Below are positions 37,543-50,364 of a stretch of 64,000 bases of DNA, in pieces. Each line of letters starts with the position of its first letter. Positions within the stretch are counted from its first letter, which is position 1. Made by a program: the position numbers and the translations under genes. The notes beneath the pieces were generated by a model that worked only from the letters and a program-made list of their open reading frames with translations, had not been told where the DNA came from and ran no database searches. The stretch is from Lama guanicoe (taxonomy: Eukaryota): assembly GCA_013239625.1 (NCBI GenBank), contig MU054187.1, forward strand, positions 19,336,711 through 19,400,710, in the 5' to 3' direction.

Positions 37543-37797
37543 AAAAGGCAAATCTATGGAGACAGAAAGTGAGACAGAAAAGAGAAAAGGACAGAAAGAG
37601 GAGTGGTTGCCTGGGGCTGGCAGCAAGAATGCAGAATGACCACAAGTGGGCACAAGGGATCTTTTAGGGGTGATGGAAAAAAATCCTAAAAACTGAATTG
37701 TGACAATAGTTCGTCACTCTGTGAGTTTACTGTAAAGCTGCACTGTATACTTAAAACGGGGAGACTTTTCTGGCCTGTAAATTGCACCTCAATGAAG
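37543..37797 (+). mobile_element. Old L1M 3' end
   Basis: ggcaaatctatggagacagaaagt...gtggttgcctgggg...ggggtgatggaaa...tgtaaattgcacctcaat. Confidence 0.8.
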
Positions 37798-38293
37798 AGG
37801 TGAAGATATCCTCAATTTCTAACGTAACACTTTTATATCACAGCTCACCTTTTTTCCTGATGTTTCAAATTAATACCAGTGTAAGTAGGGGGAGCAGGGG
37901 GCCATAAGGGGGACCCATTCCTGATTACTCAGGAAAAATGGGAAATTTTGTTCACAAATGACTAATTTTACATCGAGACAGAGAAGATGAGTTCTTCTAG
38001 ATATTCCTCTATATTTAGCGAATGAAATCTAAATTATTTCTATTTTAACATGCCAGGCATGCCTCTCTAATTACAGCATGCATCGCATCAAACAGTAGGA
38101 TTCTGTTTACCACTCATCTTCCAAAGACAGGGGAAACTCCAGGGCAAGGCTGATGTTCAAGCCTTCACTGCATTTTCAGGACCTAGAAGGTGTTCAAAAA
38201 ATGGTTATATTGAATGCAAGGATCTCTTGAACACGTTTCCATTTGCTTGAATAATATAAAGCAAATTAAAAAGACACTCCTTACTTTCCAGTT

Positions 38294-38534
38294 CAGGGTT
38301 TCTCAACACTGCTGATATTTCAGTCCTGATCACTGTTCCCTGCAGAGGGCTGTATTTCTGTGTATTGTGTAGGACAGGACATATAACAGCACCCCTGGCT
38401 TCTACTCACTCACTAGATGCCAGGAGTAGCCCTCACCACTACCCCCTCGACCCAACAGCTGTGACAACGAAAAACATCTTCAGACATTGCCAAATGTCCT
38501 CTGGCGGCAAAGTTACCCTGGGTTGAGAACCATG
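38294..38534 (+). mobile_element. MER20, near full length
   Basis: cagggtttctcaac...cactagatgccagg...gtgacaacgaaaaacatcttcagacattgccaaatgtcc...ggttgagaacca. Confidence 0.88.
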
Positions 38535-39252
38535 GCTCTAAACAGAAGGCGTGTAAGACAGCTCAGATCTAACGGATGTGTCCACATTTCAGGGGTGCTT
38601 CTCATGCGATCACTTCCTGAGGCTAGTGAGAACATCAAGAAAAAGCATATGATGAGCCAAGTGATGATTCTCTGACCACAGGCATCAGCGTATTATGGGG
38701 AGAAGGGAAGTTCTTTTTACTCCCCCTGTAACTGGGGAGATGCAAAAGGCTTGTTCTGATCCAAGGCTGACAGTTTTCAGGATACATGGAGCTGGGAAAA
38801 TCCATAAGAGGAGGGTCCAAATGTCCAACGGCCTTTGGCTGTGAAACAGTATAAAAGGAGCATGTTCACTGCCAGCACTGGACTGTTTATTATAAATTGT
38901 GTCTAGAAGGACAATTTTGAAAAAGCTATTAAATATTTATTAAAAGATCTATAATAATTCAGGTCCTGACCAGCTAGCTCCTATTAGCAAATCACTCAGC
39001 CACTTGGAAAGGTTAAGAACGGTGGTGGCAGAAATCATTAAATTAAGTATAAGTTTAATACTTAAGTGTTTCATTTTTCTCAACAACCATAGTGTTTAGC
39101 AATCCTCTTCCAAACACTCTGGCACAAAACCCGAAAAGCTGTTATCCATATTGTATGCTGTTAGTGAGACTCCAAACTTTTTAGTTTCAATTCTCACTCT
39201 GGATAGGTTGGGTATTTCACGGTGATGTTAAAAGTTCAAGATGTACATTTTG

Positions 39253-39367
39253 AAGACTACGAAAATGAATATATGTATGTTCCTATGTGACTGAAGTATT
39301 GTACCGTACACCAGAAAGTGACACAACATTGTAAACTGACTGTACGTCAATAAAGATATATTTTAAA
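39253..39367 (+). mobile_element. Very short 5'-truncated L1 tail
   Basis: gtacaccagaaagtgacacaacattgtaaactgactgtacgtcaataaa; TSD atgtacattttg (39,241-39,252) / atatacattttg (39,368-39,379). Confidence 0.85.
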
Positions 39368-41414
39368 ATATACATTTTGGGCAAAGTGACTATTATATAA
39401 GAAAGAAAAATATCCTTAACATTATCTAAATATGTTAAGATATTTATCATGATTCATGACACTTTGGTACAAAGTATCTTTATTTTTTTATTTAGGAAAA
39501 CAAAGGTGTACGCTCCTATCTACAACATCAACAATTTAGGCACCACAAATGACATCACTGTTGGTTTCAACCACTTCTATATTCATCATTCTATTGCATA
39601 TAAGAAAAAGCTATGGTAGACAGTTACGTGTCAATTTCAAACATTTGAAAAGGAAGCATGCCTTTTTGAATCATGCTTGTAAAAATATTTATATTTTTCT
39701 CTGTCTGCCTATTGGTAAACATAAAGCAGGTTTAAGACTCTGAAATATTAAGCATGTAATTCCTAAATCCCCAACGAGAAAGAACACACACGACACGGAA
39801 AAGCTCTCTACTCAATCAAACTGTAACTGTACACATAATTATGGTATTCAAATTAGATCACTAATTTAGACGTGTTCTATCATGTCAAGTATTCACTGAC
39901 ATAAAAATGAATAAAATTCAACAGGAAGAAAAAAGGTAAAGAAAATTTAATTGTTTTTTATAAAAATGAAAACTCCTAGTAAATAATATTAAAAGATATA
40001 CTCATGGGAAGATTAGCAGGAAATGCAGCTTAATTATTCATCTTGGGGTGAGCAATAAATACATTCACGTCAGATCACCTCAACAGGATACGAAGTCCAT
40101 GCCCTGGATTATATTTGCATTTGGATGAAACTGGGACACATGAGGCATGAAATGGCCAAATTAATTTTCATTTTACTTCATTTGAATTTCCTCCCATATT
40201 ATTACAAACATAAAATGCAATAAAATCACAGATAAAATACCATGTTATTTTATATTGTTATTTAAATTCTCATCTGCCTATATTGTAATTTTTCAACTAC
40301 AATGGACGAGGCTCCTAGCATATACCACGTGTAATGATAATTACCAGAATTAAGGTAGTTGCCTAACATTTTTATAAAACTTCAAAAAAATTTATGAGCG
40401 TATGATTATTTTAAAAAAACCAGCACTGATAACAAAAGATCAACCCACCGAATGTCACAAATGCATAATCCCTTTTGGATTCAATTTTTTCTACTAAAGC
40501 TAAAACGTAAAGTTGGCACCATGAAGCTTGAAATTGAGATTCAAGATAAGACTTGGTACCAGCATTCTGCTACTCGCTAGTAATTGCTTTCATCTGGAAA
40601 TTGCCATTTAGCAAGACTCACAGATTTTTTTTTCTTTTTATGAAATAAGAAAATGGAGCATCATAAACTTTTCAAACAGCCATAAAATTCCATGTACATT
40701 TCATGATTCTAACACTTCCGTATATTAATAGTTAATATCTGCTTTAACAGTAGCAAAATTAGGTAAATCATAATTTGAGAACATCAGGCACCAAAATACA
40801 AGTTTTAAAACTAAAACAAGCCCTTTCGATTTATCCTGCATCATTTTACACTGCTAAGAAAAAGACAAATGCTTTCATACTCTGGCTTTAAATGGGGGAA
40901 CATAATAGCTGCTTTGGCAAGACAGAGCAAGCTACATCACTTAATGTATTCGGAGAATTCAGGAATGGTATTATAAAAGGAAAACCAATAGTTTAAAGTT
41001 AATTTGGCTGACTTATTTCATACACATGCACACATACATGTGCACACAGAACGCTTCTCACACACAACGGCCCTCGCAACAACTGGAAAATCAATTTCCA
41101 TTGTATCACCGGGAGCAAGTTTGAACTACAATAATTTTACAGTTTAAAATGTTGAATCCTTTTATTTCATAACTCAGAGGCTTTTTTAAAAGGCTTTTAA
41201 GATAATGAAAGAAAAAGATGTTCATTTGTGAAAAAAGCTTTCCCCCAGTCTGACTCAGTCGCATACATTTGCATAAAGAACCTGTGGCCCATCAAATATA
41301 GAGACTAGCCAACAGGGTTTCCACTATTGGTGCTTTGAGCAGACTAATAAAAAAATCTCTTAAATATTCCACCCCCTACTTTTTTTTTGTAGCTATTCAC
41401 GGAGACACAGGCAA

Positions 41415-41620
41415 CACGATGGAGTGGCAGGAAGCCAGAATTTGAAGTCAGGATGCCTTATTTTGGGTCCCACGAGCTCTACCATTTACTAGCTGTGTTA
41501 TCTCCATGCAGTCATCCGAATCCTGCATCTCAATTCCCTCATCTCTACAATGGGAGCAGTTCCAAGCTGTAGGTCAAAATTAAAGGATAAAATGAGTGAG
41601 GGCTGAAATGCATGTTAACT
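41415..41620 (+). mobile_element. MIR
   Basis: tttgaagtcagg...gctctaccatttactagctgtgt...ctcaattccctcatctctacaatggg. Confidence 0.75.
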
Positions 41621-42419
41621 AAAACACATGGTAATTATTTCGATCAACCCCCAAATACTCCAGCTCGTCTATAACTTAATGCCTGTTTTTATAAGACAAG
41701 TGAAAATTACAGGAAACTGTATTTAATATATTTCAAATAAACCAATGAGCCAAAAGACTCATTAATGACTGTAAAAAGATTGGTTCAAAGGTCCAAACTC
41801 TCTAAAGATGCTATGGCCACGATAAAAGCTTAGTTTCTGTAAACTGTCAAATAATGTGTCATTATCACTGTCTCTTTTGGTGTGCTCGTTCATGGACATG
41901 AGACATGCCTGTTACGGAGAACCAAGCACTTTATGCACCAAGAAAGTGATTCTTTCATTCACCCCACTTTCCCAAGTGCCCGTGTCCTGCTGTCGACGAA
42001 GGAGAAAAATGAGTGGAGAAGGAAAACAAGAAACGACAACACTATCCTATATGCAGCTTGAGACCCAGGATCATGCTTTATTCATGACTTTACTTCTTTC
42101 TTCTTTTCTTTCCCCCTCCCCCCGTCCACCTTCCACATAGTAGGTCTTAATGCTTATTGGCAGGCACTGAAAGTTGTATGAGAAACAGCCACTGTCATCT
42201 GTGTAGATATAAGCAAGTTAACAGTCAGACCTGTCCCTTTGCCCTTTGCCTTTTCATTCCACTGCGTTCCTTTTGTCACCCAGCGCCTATCCCATCAAGC
42301 ACCTCATTCTGCTTTGCCGCTGGCTTCGGCCACTTTGTGTCCAAGCACTTGTCAAAAACTTCCCTCACTTAATCTTACTCACGCATCTCCTTTTCTTTTG
42401 CCTGCCACCTTGGCCTTCA

Positions 42420-43780
42420 TCCGTGTTGCATTCTAAGCACTCTCCCAGGAGGATCACCACCTCAACCACAATTTCAAATACACGGGAGACTTGCAAACCT
42501 ATTATTTCCAGCTCAGCCTCTGTCCTAAATTCCAAAACCACAGGCGTGTGAAAGTGTCAATTCAGTCTCAAGCCCTGGATGTCCGACTGCTGCCTCATGT
42601 TACACACAGCCACACTGAATTCATCATCTCCAGCTGCAAACTGCGCCATCTTTTGTTTTCACTTTCATGACCAATAGTACCTCTGTCTGTTCAGCCACCC
42701 AAAAAGAGACCTGGGAGTCGTCCCTAAAGTCATGCTTCCCTCCCTGCTTCTCCTCTCCCCAACCCTTACCAACCTAAGCTCAGCCCTTAAGTTCACACTA
42801 GGATTCAACAGCTTTTTTTTCACAACTTCTCTTTCCCACACCCCATCCTCACATCCCAACCGTTCTAAACAACACAACCAGAGTAATCATTTCAAAGGAA
42901 CAGCCTCAAGTGCTCAGATTCACCTGGACCAAATGTGGCCCAGAGGACCCTTCCCAAAGTGGATCCAGCCTCCACTCTCCATTTCCAGCTCCCCTACCGC
43001 CCACGATGTGCACCCGCCACACAGAACAACCAGCTCTTTCACAGATGTGCCGCCTTCTTTGGTGCCTTCATGGCCCCGTCCTCCCTGGTCCCTCTGCTCA
43101 GAATGGTTTTTGCCAGCCCACTCCCATCCTCGGCTGCCTGGTCCCTTCCAAGTCACTCTTTCAGACTCAGATCCAGTCCTGCTTCCTCAGGGAAAAGTCC
43201 TCTCCTTGGAGTCAGGGACCCCTGACAGAGCCCATCATCTTTCATGCACTGGTTACAACTGCTGCTCAACATCTTTTCCCTCCCAAGACTGAGATTTAAA
43301 AAAAAATTTTTTTTATTTAAGTGTAGTTGATTTACAGTATTAGTTTCAGGTGTACAACAAAGTGATTCCATTATATATATACATACACATGTATGCTTTT
43401 TCTTTTCAGATTCTTTTCCATTACATGTTATTACAAGAAAATGAATATAGTTCCCTGAGCTACACAGTAGATCCTTGCTGTTTATCTATTTCATATATAG
43501 TAATGTGTGCCTGTTAATTCGCAACCCCTCATTTATCCTTCCCCACCCTTTCCCCTTTGGTAACCATAGTTTGTTTTCTATGTCCATGAGTCTGTTTTTG
43601 GCTTGTAAATAGAATTTTTATCATTTTTTTTGGATTCCACACATAAGTGATACCATATGATTTTTGCCAAGACTGAGATTCTAGAGGGCAGAGAGAGGAA
43701 TCATCTTATGTCTGACATTTCATCATCCAACCTGGTATACAAATATACAAATTCTCTGGTGAATGCAGAAATGAGTAAAA
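42420..43780 (+). mobile_element. L2 3' region, split by an L1 insertion
   Basis: tccagctcagcctctg...actgaattcatcatct...acctgggagtcgtccct...; resumes after the L1 as agactgagattctagagggcag. Confidence 0.7.
43297..43666 (-). mobile_element. L1 3' end inserted in L2
   Basis: Perfect 14-bp TSD ccaagactgagatt (43,283-43,296 and 43,667-43,680); gtagttgatttacagtattagtttcaggtgtacaacaaagtgattc...gattccacacataagtgata. Confidence 0.92.
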
Positions 43781-45469
43781 AATATCACTCCAACTCAGTT
43801 TTCCTCAAACCCTGCCAAGCTGCTAAGGATAGATTATGTACGAATGAGGAGTTCACAGCTCTTTTTAGAAGGTGTCAGGAAAAAAAATAATACAGCCGCT
43901 CTGGGTACAATTCCCAAGTGCTGAATGCAGACGTTGTAGTATTCTTGTGTGCAGCTATGTTACAGACTGGCTTTTTTTTTTTCAGTTAAGGAATCGTCTT
44001 GTGTGGTTTTATTGCCTCTGACTTACAGCGTGAGCTGCTTTGACATTAAAGTTTCCCAGTAACTGTGGTGCATTCAGCCACAGTGGGGGTGATGATGGCA
44101 TGAGTACAGTCAGGGGTGAAGGGCCAGAGTGGGCAGAAGCAACATCCACAGCAGTGACTAGGTCACAAATGCAGTCAGACCTGAAACCCGAGGACCTACC
44201 TGAACACCCTTCATCCCTTAGAGAACAAATCCACAGAGAGGCTTCCACATGCAACTCTGGGGCTCCCTAAAGACTAAAATGGCAGATGCAGTAACGCTGA
44301 CGAGTCACCCCTTTTGTTACTTTTAGAAAATCAACTGAAGCTGATCACTTGCAAATGAATACACGATATGGTCTGTGGGGACTGAGTCCCATGAAATTGA
44401 ATAGGAAGATACGAAGCGGTTGCCGAACAATTAAAACACTTTTTTTTTTAAACTTGCCTACTCCAAAAGGTTCAAAGGGGTTCAAGTGCTCCGTATTTTA
44501 AGTAAAAGCCCTCTCATCAGGCCAAATTTCCCTGTCCTCCGCAATAAAATCCACACTTAGAAAACTGAATTCTTCATAAGTTTTCATCACTCACAGCTCT
44601 CAAGATTTTATATGCCTCAAAACCAAGGAGAGGGAGCGGCAGCAACACGACAGACCAAAATGTGATAAAAACAACAGCAACAAAAATAGTAACTCAGACC
44701 CCAAGGCTCAGGCAAGACTTATGGAACCAACGAATCAACGTTGGCTCCAGGGTGAAATTGTGAAAAAAGAGAGCAGGTGGGGCTCAGGGAAAGGGTTTTG
44801 AAAATATTAGGAGTTGGTTTTCAATTCTGCCTTTTCCCTCTGCTTCTGGAGCAGAGTTAGACTATGACACAGACACAGAAGAGTTGATGCAATGTCCCTC
44901 TTCTGAGCCAACATGCTTGCACCTGGCTTGTTAGACATATGTGTTCATTTACTTTAAAAACCAGAGTTTCACCGTAGACCCATGATACCACTGTAGTGAC
45001 GTCTGTTACTGATTTAATCATTCTTGATGGACATAAACTTTCAAAAAATCACCTGAGAAAATCTCAGGTTGCTACACTTGGCTGTAATGAGAGTGACGCA
45101 AGTATGCGACACCAAACACAGATAAGGTGTGCGTGCTTCTCCACTGTGTTCCATTATCAGTGGAAGGCTTTATGCTTCCTATTTCACAATGCTAACACGG
45201 GGATTGCTTTTTCGTTCATTGCATGCACTACACTTAAGTTCGTCCTCCGCAAAGACAAAGAGACGATGCTTTCTGAGCATCGAGGCCAGCTGCTGGCCAT
45301 GGGCAAGATGGTGAGCATGTACCTTTTCACCATCCCTTCAGCTCTCTCCCAGGGGACCGAGTGCCATAGTATAGGATTATTTTGAGAAGCACAATATGGG
45401 ATATCTCTGCAAAGTAGCTGAACTATCATGAAGGCCCCCAAACTGGATGCAGTAGAATGCCCTGGGAAG

Positions 45470-45690
45470 AGGCTAGGCCTTGTCTGACTCCTGGACTCCA
45501 TGGTTGGCTCTATAATTCACAGATCCTGGACAAATGCTCTGACCCTTCTAGGTAGGCATCAGTTTCCACTTGTGCAAAAAAGGATCATAAAGTAATCACA
45601 TAAAGTCACTAAGAGGATTAAAGTAAATACCGTATGTACAGTTCTTAGCATAGCGGCCAGCAGACAGTAAGTGCTCTGTGTTAGCTCTTC
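45470..45690 (+). mobile_element. MIR
   Basis: catcagtttccacttgtgcaaaa...gaggattaaag...gttcttagcatag...agtaagtgctc. Confidence 0.7.
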
Positions 45691-46426
45691 ATTCCAATTC
45701 TTACCAAGAAGGCACGACCAGTGAGGACTGGAAATGTGGCAGATAAATCCTAGTCGGAGCTGTCTTTCCCCACACCCACCCCTCGCCCTCAAACTCAGCA
45801 ATCTGAGGGCCTGTCTCTGCCATGTTGCACAAAATTATGTGTGTATAGCCAAGACTGGTAGAACTCTCCAACACATCTCTCAGGGATGTACCAGGCAAGC
45901 TCTCTAGAAATACAATCGGTTCCCGACTCCCAAGTCCCAAGTGAAGATGATTCAACATAGTAGAGATGACTGGGGTGAGTAAATGATCTCCATTCACCGC
46001 ATCCATATTAAAATGAGCTTGCATTTCTTGTATATATACCTTCTGACAGCAAGAGAAAGCTGGATGTCAGAGGAAAGTTATTTGGAGATTAAGGGGTGGC
46101 CAGAGGAAAGCCAATAAATAGTTAACAGAGACAAGAAATAAAAAGAAAGATGTATATTCTAAAGAATTCATTAAGGTACATTATGGACCCAGCTCAAGTC
46201 ACAAAAATGATCGAGGAAGACTTTTACTATGGAATAACCCAGAACATAGGAGCATTTGAAATGTAAGTAAAAGCACTTGGTCGAGTAAAAGAGAATATTT
46301 ATATTCCAACAAAGAGGGCTAAAACTGAAGTAGAAGATATCTCAGAGAGATGTGGAAAGACTCAGTTGATGACAAGGGCTCTTTCTGGCACCCTCCTGGA
46401 AGCTCACACCCAGAAACTTTTGACTT

Positions 46427-46668
46427 TATTTTAACTTTTTAAATTGAGATATCATTTACATATAACATTAATTTCAGGTGTACAACATAACAAAACAACA
46501 TTTGTCTATAGTGCAAAATGACCACCAGAATGAATGAGTCTGGTTAACATCTGTCACCACACACAGTTACAGTTATTTTTTTCTTGTGATGACAACTTTT
46601 AAGATCTACTTTCTTAGCCACTTTCAAATATGCGATACAGTATTATTAACTATAGTCACCATGTTGGA
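46427..46668 (-). mobile_element. L1 3' end (L1MA-like)
   Basis: 16-bp TSD cagaaacttttgactt (46,411-46,426) / cagaaaattttgactt (46,669-46,684); ttaagatctactttcttagc...tattaactatagtcaccatg. Confidence 0.88.
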
Positions 46669-46989
46669 CAGAAAATTTTGACTTAAAAAAAAAAAAGCCA
46701 ACTTAGAACATCGTCTTGAAATACCTTCCAGTGGTAGGATACGTTAGCTGAGAGGTTGAATTAAATACTAAATCAGTCTGGAAGCCGTCTGTGACCTACG
46801 TGCCTTATACAACAACTAGATTTTAATATCTAGAAAACAGAGACTATTTACCAAGGGCCAGGGTACTATGTAGAATCTGAATAATAACCTAAGAAAGCCA
46901 CACACAAGAAAGTAGCCTTTCAATCATTCCCAACTTCTGGTAGTCAAGTGCAAAGTTCAACAAGCTGTGGACTAGACTTTTAATAAAGT

Positions 46990-47490
46990 ACATTCCACAG
47001 AGGATTTGTTCCAGGACTCCTGAGGACACCAAAATCAGAGGATGAACAAGTTCCTTATATAAAACAGCATTGTATTTGCATGTAACCTAAAAGTACATTC
47101 TCCCACATATTTTATTCTATTTTTTTAATTTTTCTTTTTTTTTTTTGCCGGGGAAGGTAATTAGGTTTATTTATTTATGATTATTATTTTTAAATAGTAG
47201 GTGCTGGTAATTGAACCCCGGACTTTGTGCATGCTAAGCACACACTCTATCACTGAGTTATGCCCTCCCCTCTCCCACAAATCATCTATAGATAACTTAT
47301 AACAACCTAATACAATGTAAATGCCATTTAAACAGTAAATGTAATGTAAATGCTGTGTAAACAGCTGTGGAGCAAAGCAAATTTCAGTTTTGCCTTTTGG
47401 AACTTTCTGGAATTTTTTTTTTAATATTTTCAATCCACGGTTAGTTGAATCCACAGAAGTGGAGCCTGCAGATAAGGAGAGCCAACAGTA
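46990..47490. mobile_element. MER2/MER2B (Tigger) MITE split by a SINE
   Basis: gttccaggac...ccaaaatc...caagttccttatataaaa...gtatttgcatgtaaccta / aatcatctatagat...cctaatacaatgtaaatgc...tccacggttagttgaatccac. Confidence 0.85.
47110..47270 (-). mobile_element. tRNA-derived SINE (vic-1-like)
   Basis: Minus strand ggggagggcataactcagtgatagagtgtgtgcttagcatgcacaaagtccggggttcaattacc; TSD tctcccaca (47,099-47,107 and 47,271-47,279). Confidence 0.9.
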
Positions 47491-47929
47491 TGGCTCACAA
47501 AGGACACCTGAAACTGCTTCTTACTAGGCTGGTATGAAGGCCTGGAGGAAGCATGCTTATTTAATATGGAATATAAATTATTTCCACCTCTGAACGTATA
47601 GTACAATATGCAGCAAAGTGCAAGGCCTCTCTCTCTCTGCCCCAGGGATGCTCCCCAGCTGGGCCTGAATTCATGCTCAGAGATGATGCTGACTGTGGAC
47701 CTGCTGTGTGGATCGCAGCCGCTACGTTTGCAGGCAGCAAACCAACTCGGGAGTGCCGTCCTCCGGTAGGAACTGTAACATATCATTTTCTTTTTCTTGA
47801 TTCTCTGAATATATGAACAGGGAAGTAAAAGCAATAGAACCCACTTCAAACCGAAGGAGAAAACTCACTTCACCTGCTGGCATTTCCACCACATGTTAAG
47901 GTAGGCAGGTTACTTAACAATAATTATGA

Positions 47930-48610
47930 CAATAATAATAGCTCTCAGTCATGGAGAACTATGCTGTGAGTTAAGCACTTTGCATACTTTACTGTTCAAC
48001 ATCAATTTCCTCATCTGTAAATGAAAGAAAATAATGCACCTATTTTATGATGTCATTATGAGGATTAAAGAAGAGATGCAGAAAGCACTTTTCAAGTTGA
48101 GGCAGCAGGGCCGAAAAAGACAAGGTCTGAGAGAGACAGACATGGGTTAAGATTCCAGCTCCAATGTCTACTTGTTTGATCTCACTGAACTCCTGTTTCC
48201 TCATTTCCAAAGTGGAAATGAAGCGACCCACGTCGGTGAGGAACTGAAAGAGACAGTAAGTCAAAACCTAGCTGGTGTCTGCATTACCAGGAGGTTTCGA
48301 TAAACATTTCCACCCTCTCTCCTATTATACATGGGAACTGCTTCTGTTAGCCTCCATCAGTAGTCATTCAACAGCTACAGTGTCCAAAGATGCATTTCTT
48401 CTCATGACAATGATAATTTTACTCATTTTAATAAGCCAGACACTGATTCAACAGCTCATTTAATCCTCACCACCATCCAGTGAAGTAGGTACTGTTATCC
48501 CCATTTTACAGATGAAGACACTGAGACACAGAGTTTAGAGAACTTGCCCAGATTCAAACAGATGGTACCAGAGCCACCAGCACGGCTCCCTAGACTGTCC
48601 TCCTAACTAT
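47930..48610. mobile_element. Cluster of MIR fragments in both orientations
   Basis: tttcctcatctgtaaatg...gaggattaaa (+); ctgtttcctcattt (+); atccccattttacagatgaagacactgagacacagag (-). Confidence 0.75.
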
Positions 48611-50023
48611 GGTGCGACGCTGCGCGTGGTGGTCAACCTGTCTGAGCAGTTTCAGGTGTCCTTTTGTGCTCGGATGTGATGATCCCTTCCAAAGATGAGC
48701 AACAGATGCTCTCACCAACTACAATATGTTGACTAACTTTTCAATTTCTGAAATAACATTTTGTGTATTTTCTTAGAATTCCTTAAAAAACTATGGTATG
48801 TTTTTAAATGAGTTGCCTATAACTAGATCATCTTGTTCCATGTGCTAGAATACCATAAATAAATGTGCTTCTTTTTCTACAGATTATCTAAATAAATCTT
48901 ACAATTAAACACAGCTCTGAGTTTTGGTTTAAACATTTATTACAAGTCCAAATTTTTAAAAAGATATATTAAGGCCGTCTGAATGTTACGTTTTGTCGAA
49001 CTAATGACTTCTACATCAAAAAATCTGCATGTTCTCCTTATTTCTAATATTCACTGTCTTAACATTCACAGGAATACCATATGGTATTTCAAAGTACTCG
49101 TTTTACAAATTTAATCAAGTCAAATATTAAACATCGATGATGATAATCTATTGCTCTGGTTAAAAGGAACCTCTAGGGGAAAGACAAGAGAGAAAGGTTA
49201 AAGAATTCTATCCTTCAAACTGGGACAGAGCAGCTACCTATAAATCATGCTCTTTGTTTATTAAGATAATTAAGCCCGTCAGTACACTTAACTTTCAGAC
49301 TCAACAATTGTCTGGCGTGGACAATTTCCACTCTCTCTAAAACAAAGGGGATGTGTTCAAAGGGGTCCACTGCAAGCTCTCTGCACAATGCATGCTATTT
49401 TAAAACATGATTTATGTGTCTAATTCCTGGAGCTGCCTTGAAAAATATACTGGGTTTTTCCTCGCATGCTCCCTATTAGGAGAAGACACTCCAATTTGAA
49501 GAGTGCACTGTGTTTCAGACTACAGGGCGCTATATCATGTCAGCATTTTCATTAAACACGTTCAAGCTGGACCTTAAACAAATGGAATGGAAAGCCACAG
49601 CTGCAGCCTCTGCAGAGAGACACAGTTATCCTGCCGGGAGGCTTACATAAGAGGTGCAGGACAGTCAGGGTGAAACCCAAGTGTCATCATCTGAATCGTA
49701 TTGCTTTGAGACTGACCCACATTCTTAAAGTGTATTAAATAACATACACTGAGCGGATTTCTCATTTTATTTGCCTCATAGCACAGAACTCTGGGTTGAC
49801 ATATAAGTTGTGTTTTTTTCCCCTCAAGGACTGGGTTCCAATTACGAAAACGCTGGCAACTTCTGCCTAGGGGAAGAGTGAACTGGGATGCGCGGGAAGC
49901 CTGGAAGCCTGGAAGCCTGGGGCAGAATGACTGAGCTCCTATTCCGAAAGATCTGTCTCATCGAGGAATACTACTGGAATCGCTCCTCTGGTAACTTAGG
50001 ATGGAAGTGACAAGACCCCGCCG

Positions 50024-50074
50024 GCGCGCGCACACACGTACACGCACACACACACACGCACACACACACACACA
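50024..50074. repeat. (CG)n/(CA)n alternating purine-pyrimidine tract
   Basis: 51 bp of uninterrupted alternation. Confidence 0.9.
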
Positions 50075-50364
50075 GTCAAGGGGCTCAGAATGTGCAATCA
50101 GCCAGCAGCAGGCGAAAAGCCCTCGCAGCACCTGTCCTCTCACAGCACATTTCCAACTGGCACGTTCGGCAGAGGCTGGAGCCAGCCCGCCCTGGACTGC
50201 TGCCTCTCCCCGCGTGCCCTGTCCGCGGCTTCGCACCCTGAACTCTCCAGGCTGGAGCCCTCCTAACCAGAGGTGCCACCCTCAGCTTCCCACGACGTGA
50301 GGGTAATAAACACGAACCTCCCCTTCCCACGGCGCCCTCCAACTTCAGAAACTAGTCAACTTAC

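Noticed and set aside
42732..43299. 186-aa and overlapping ORFs
   Set aside because: They lie in a decayed L2 element and resemble no known protein.
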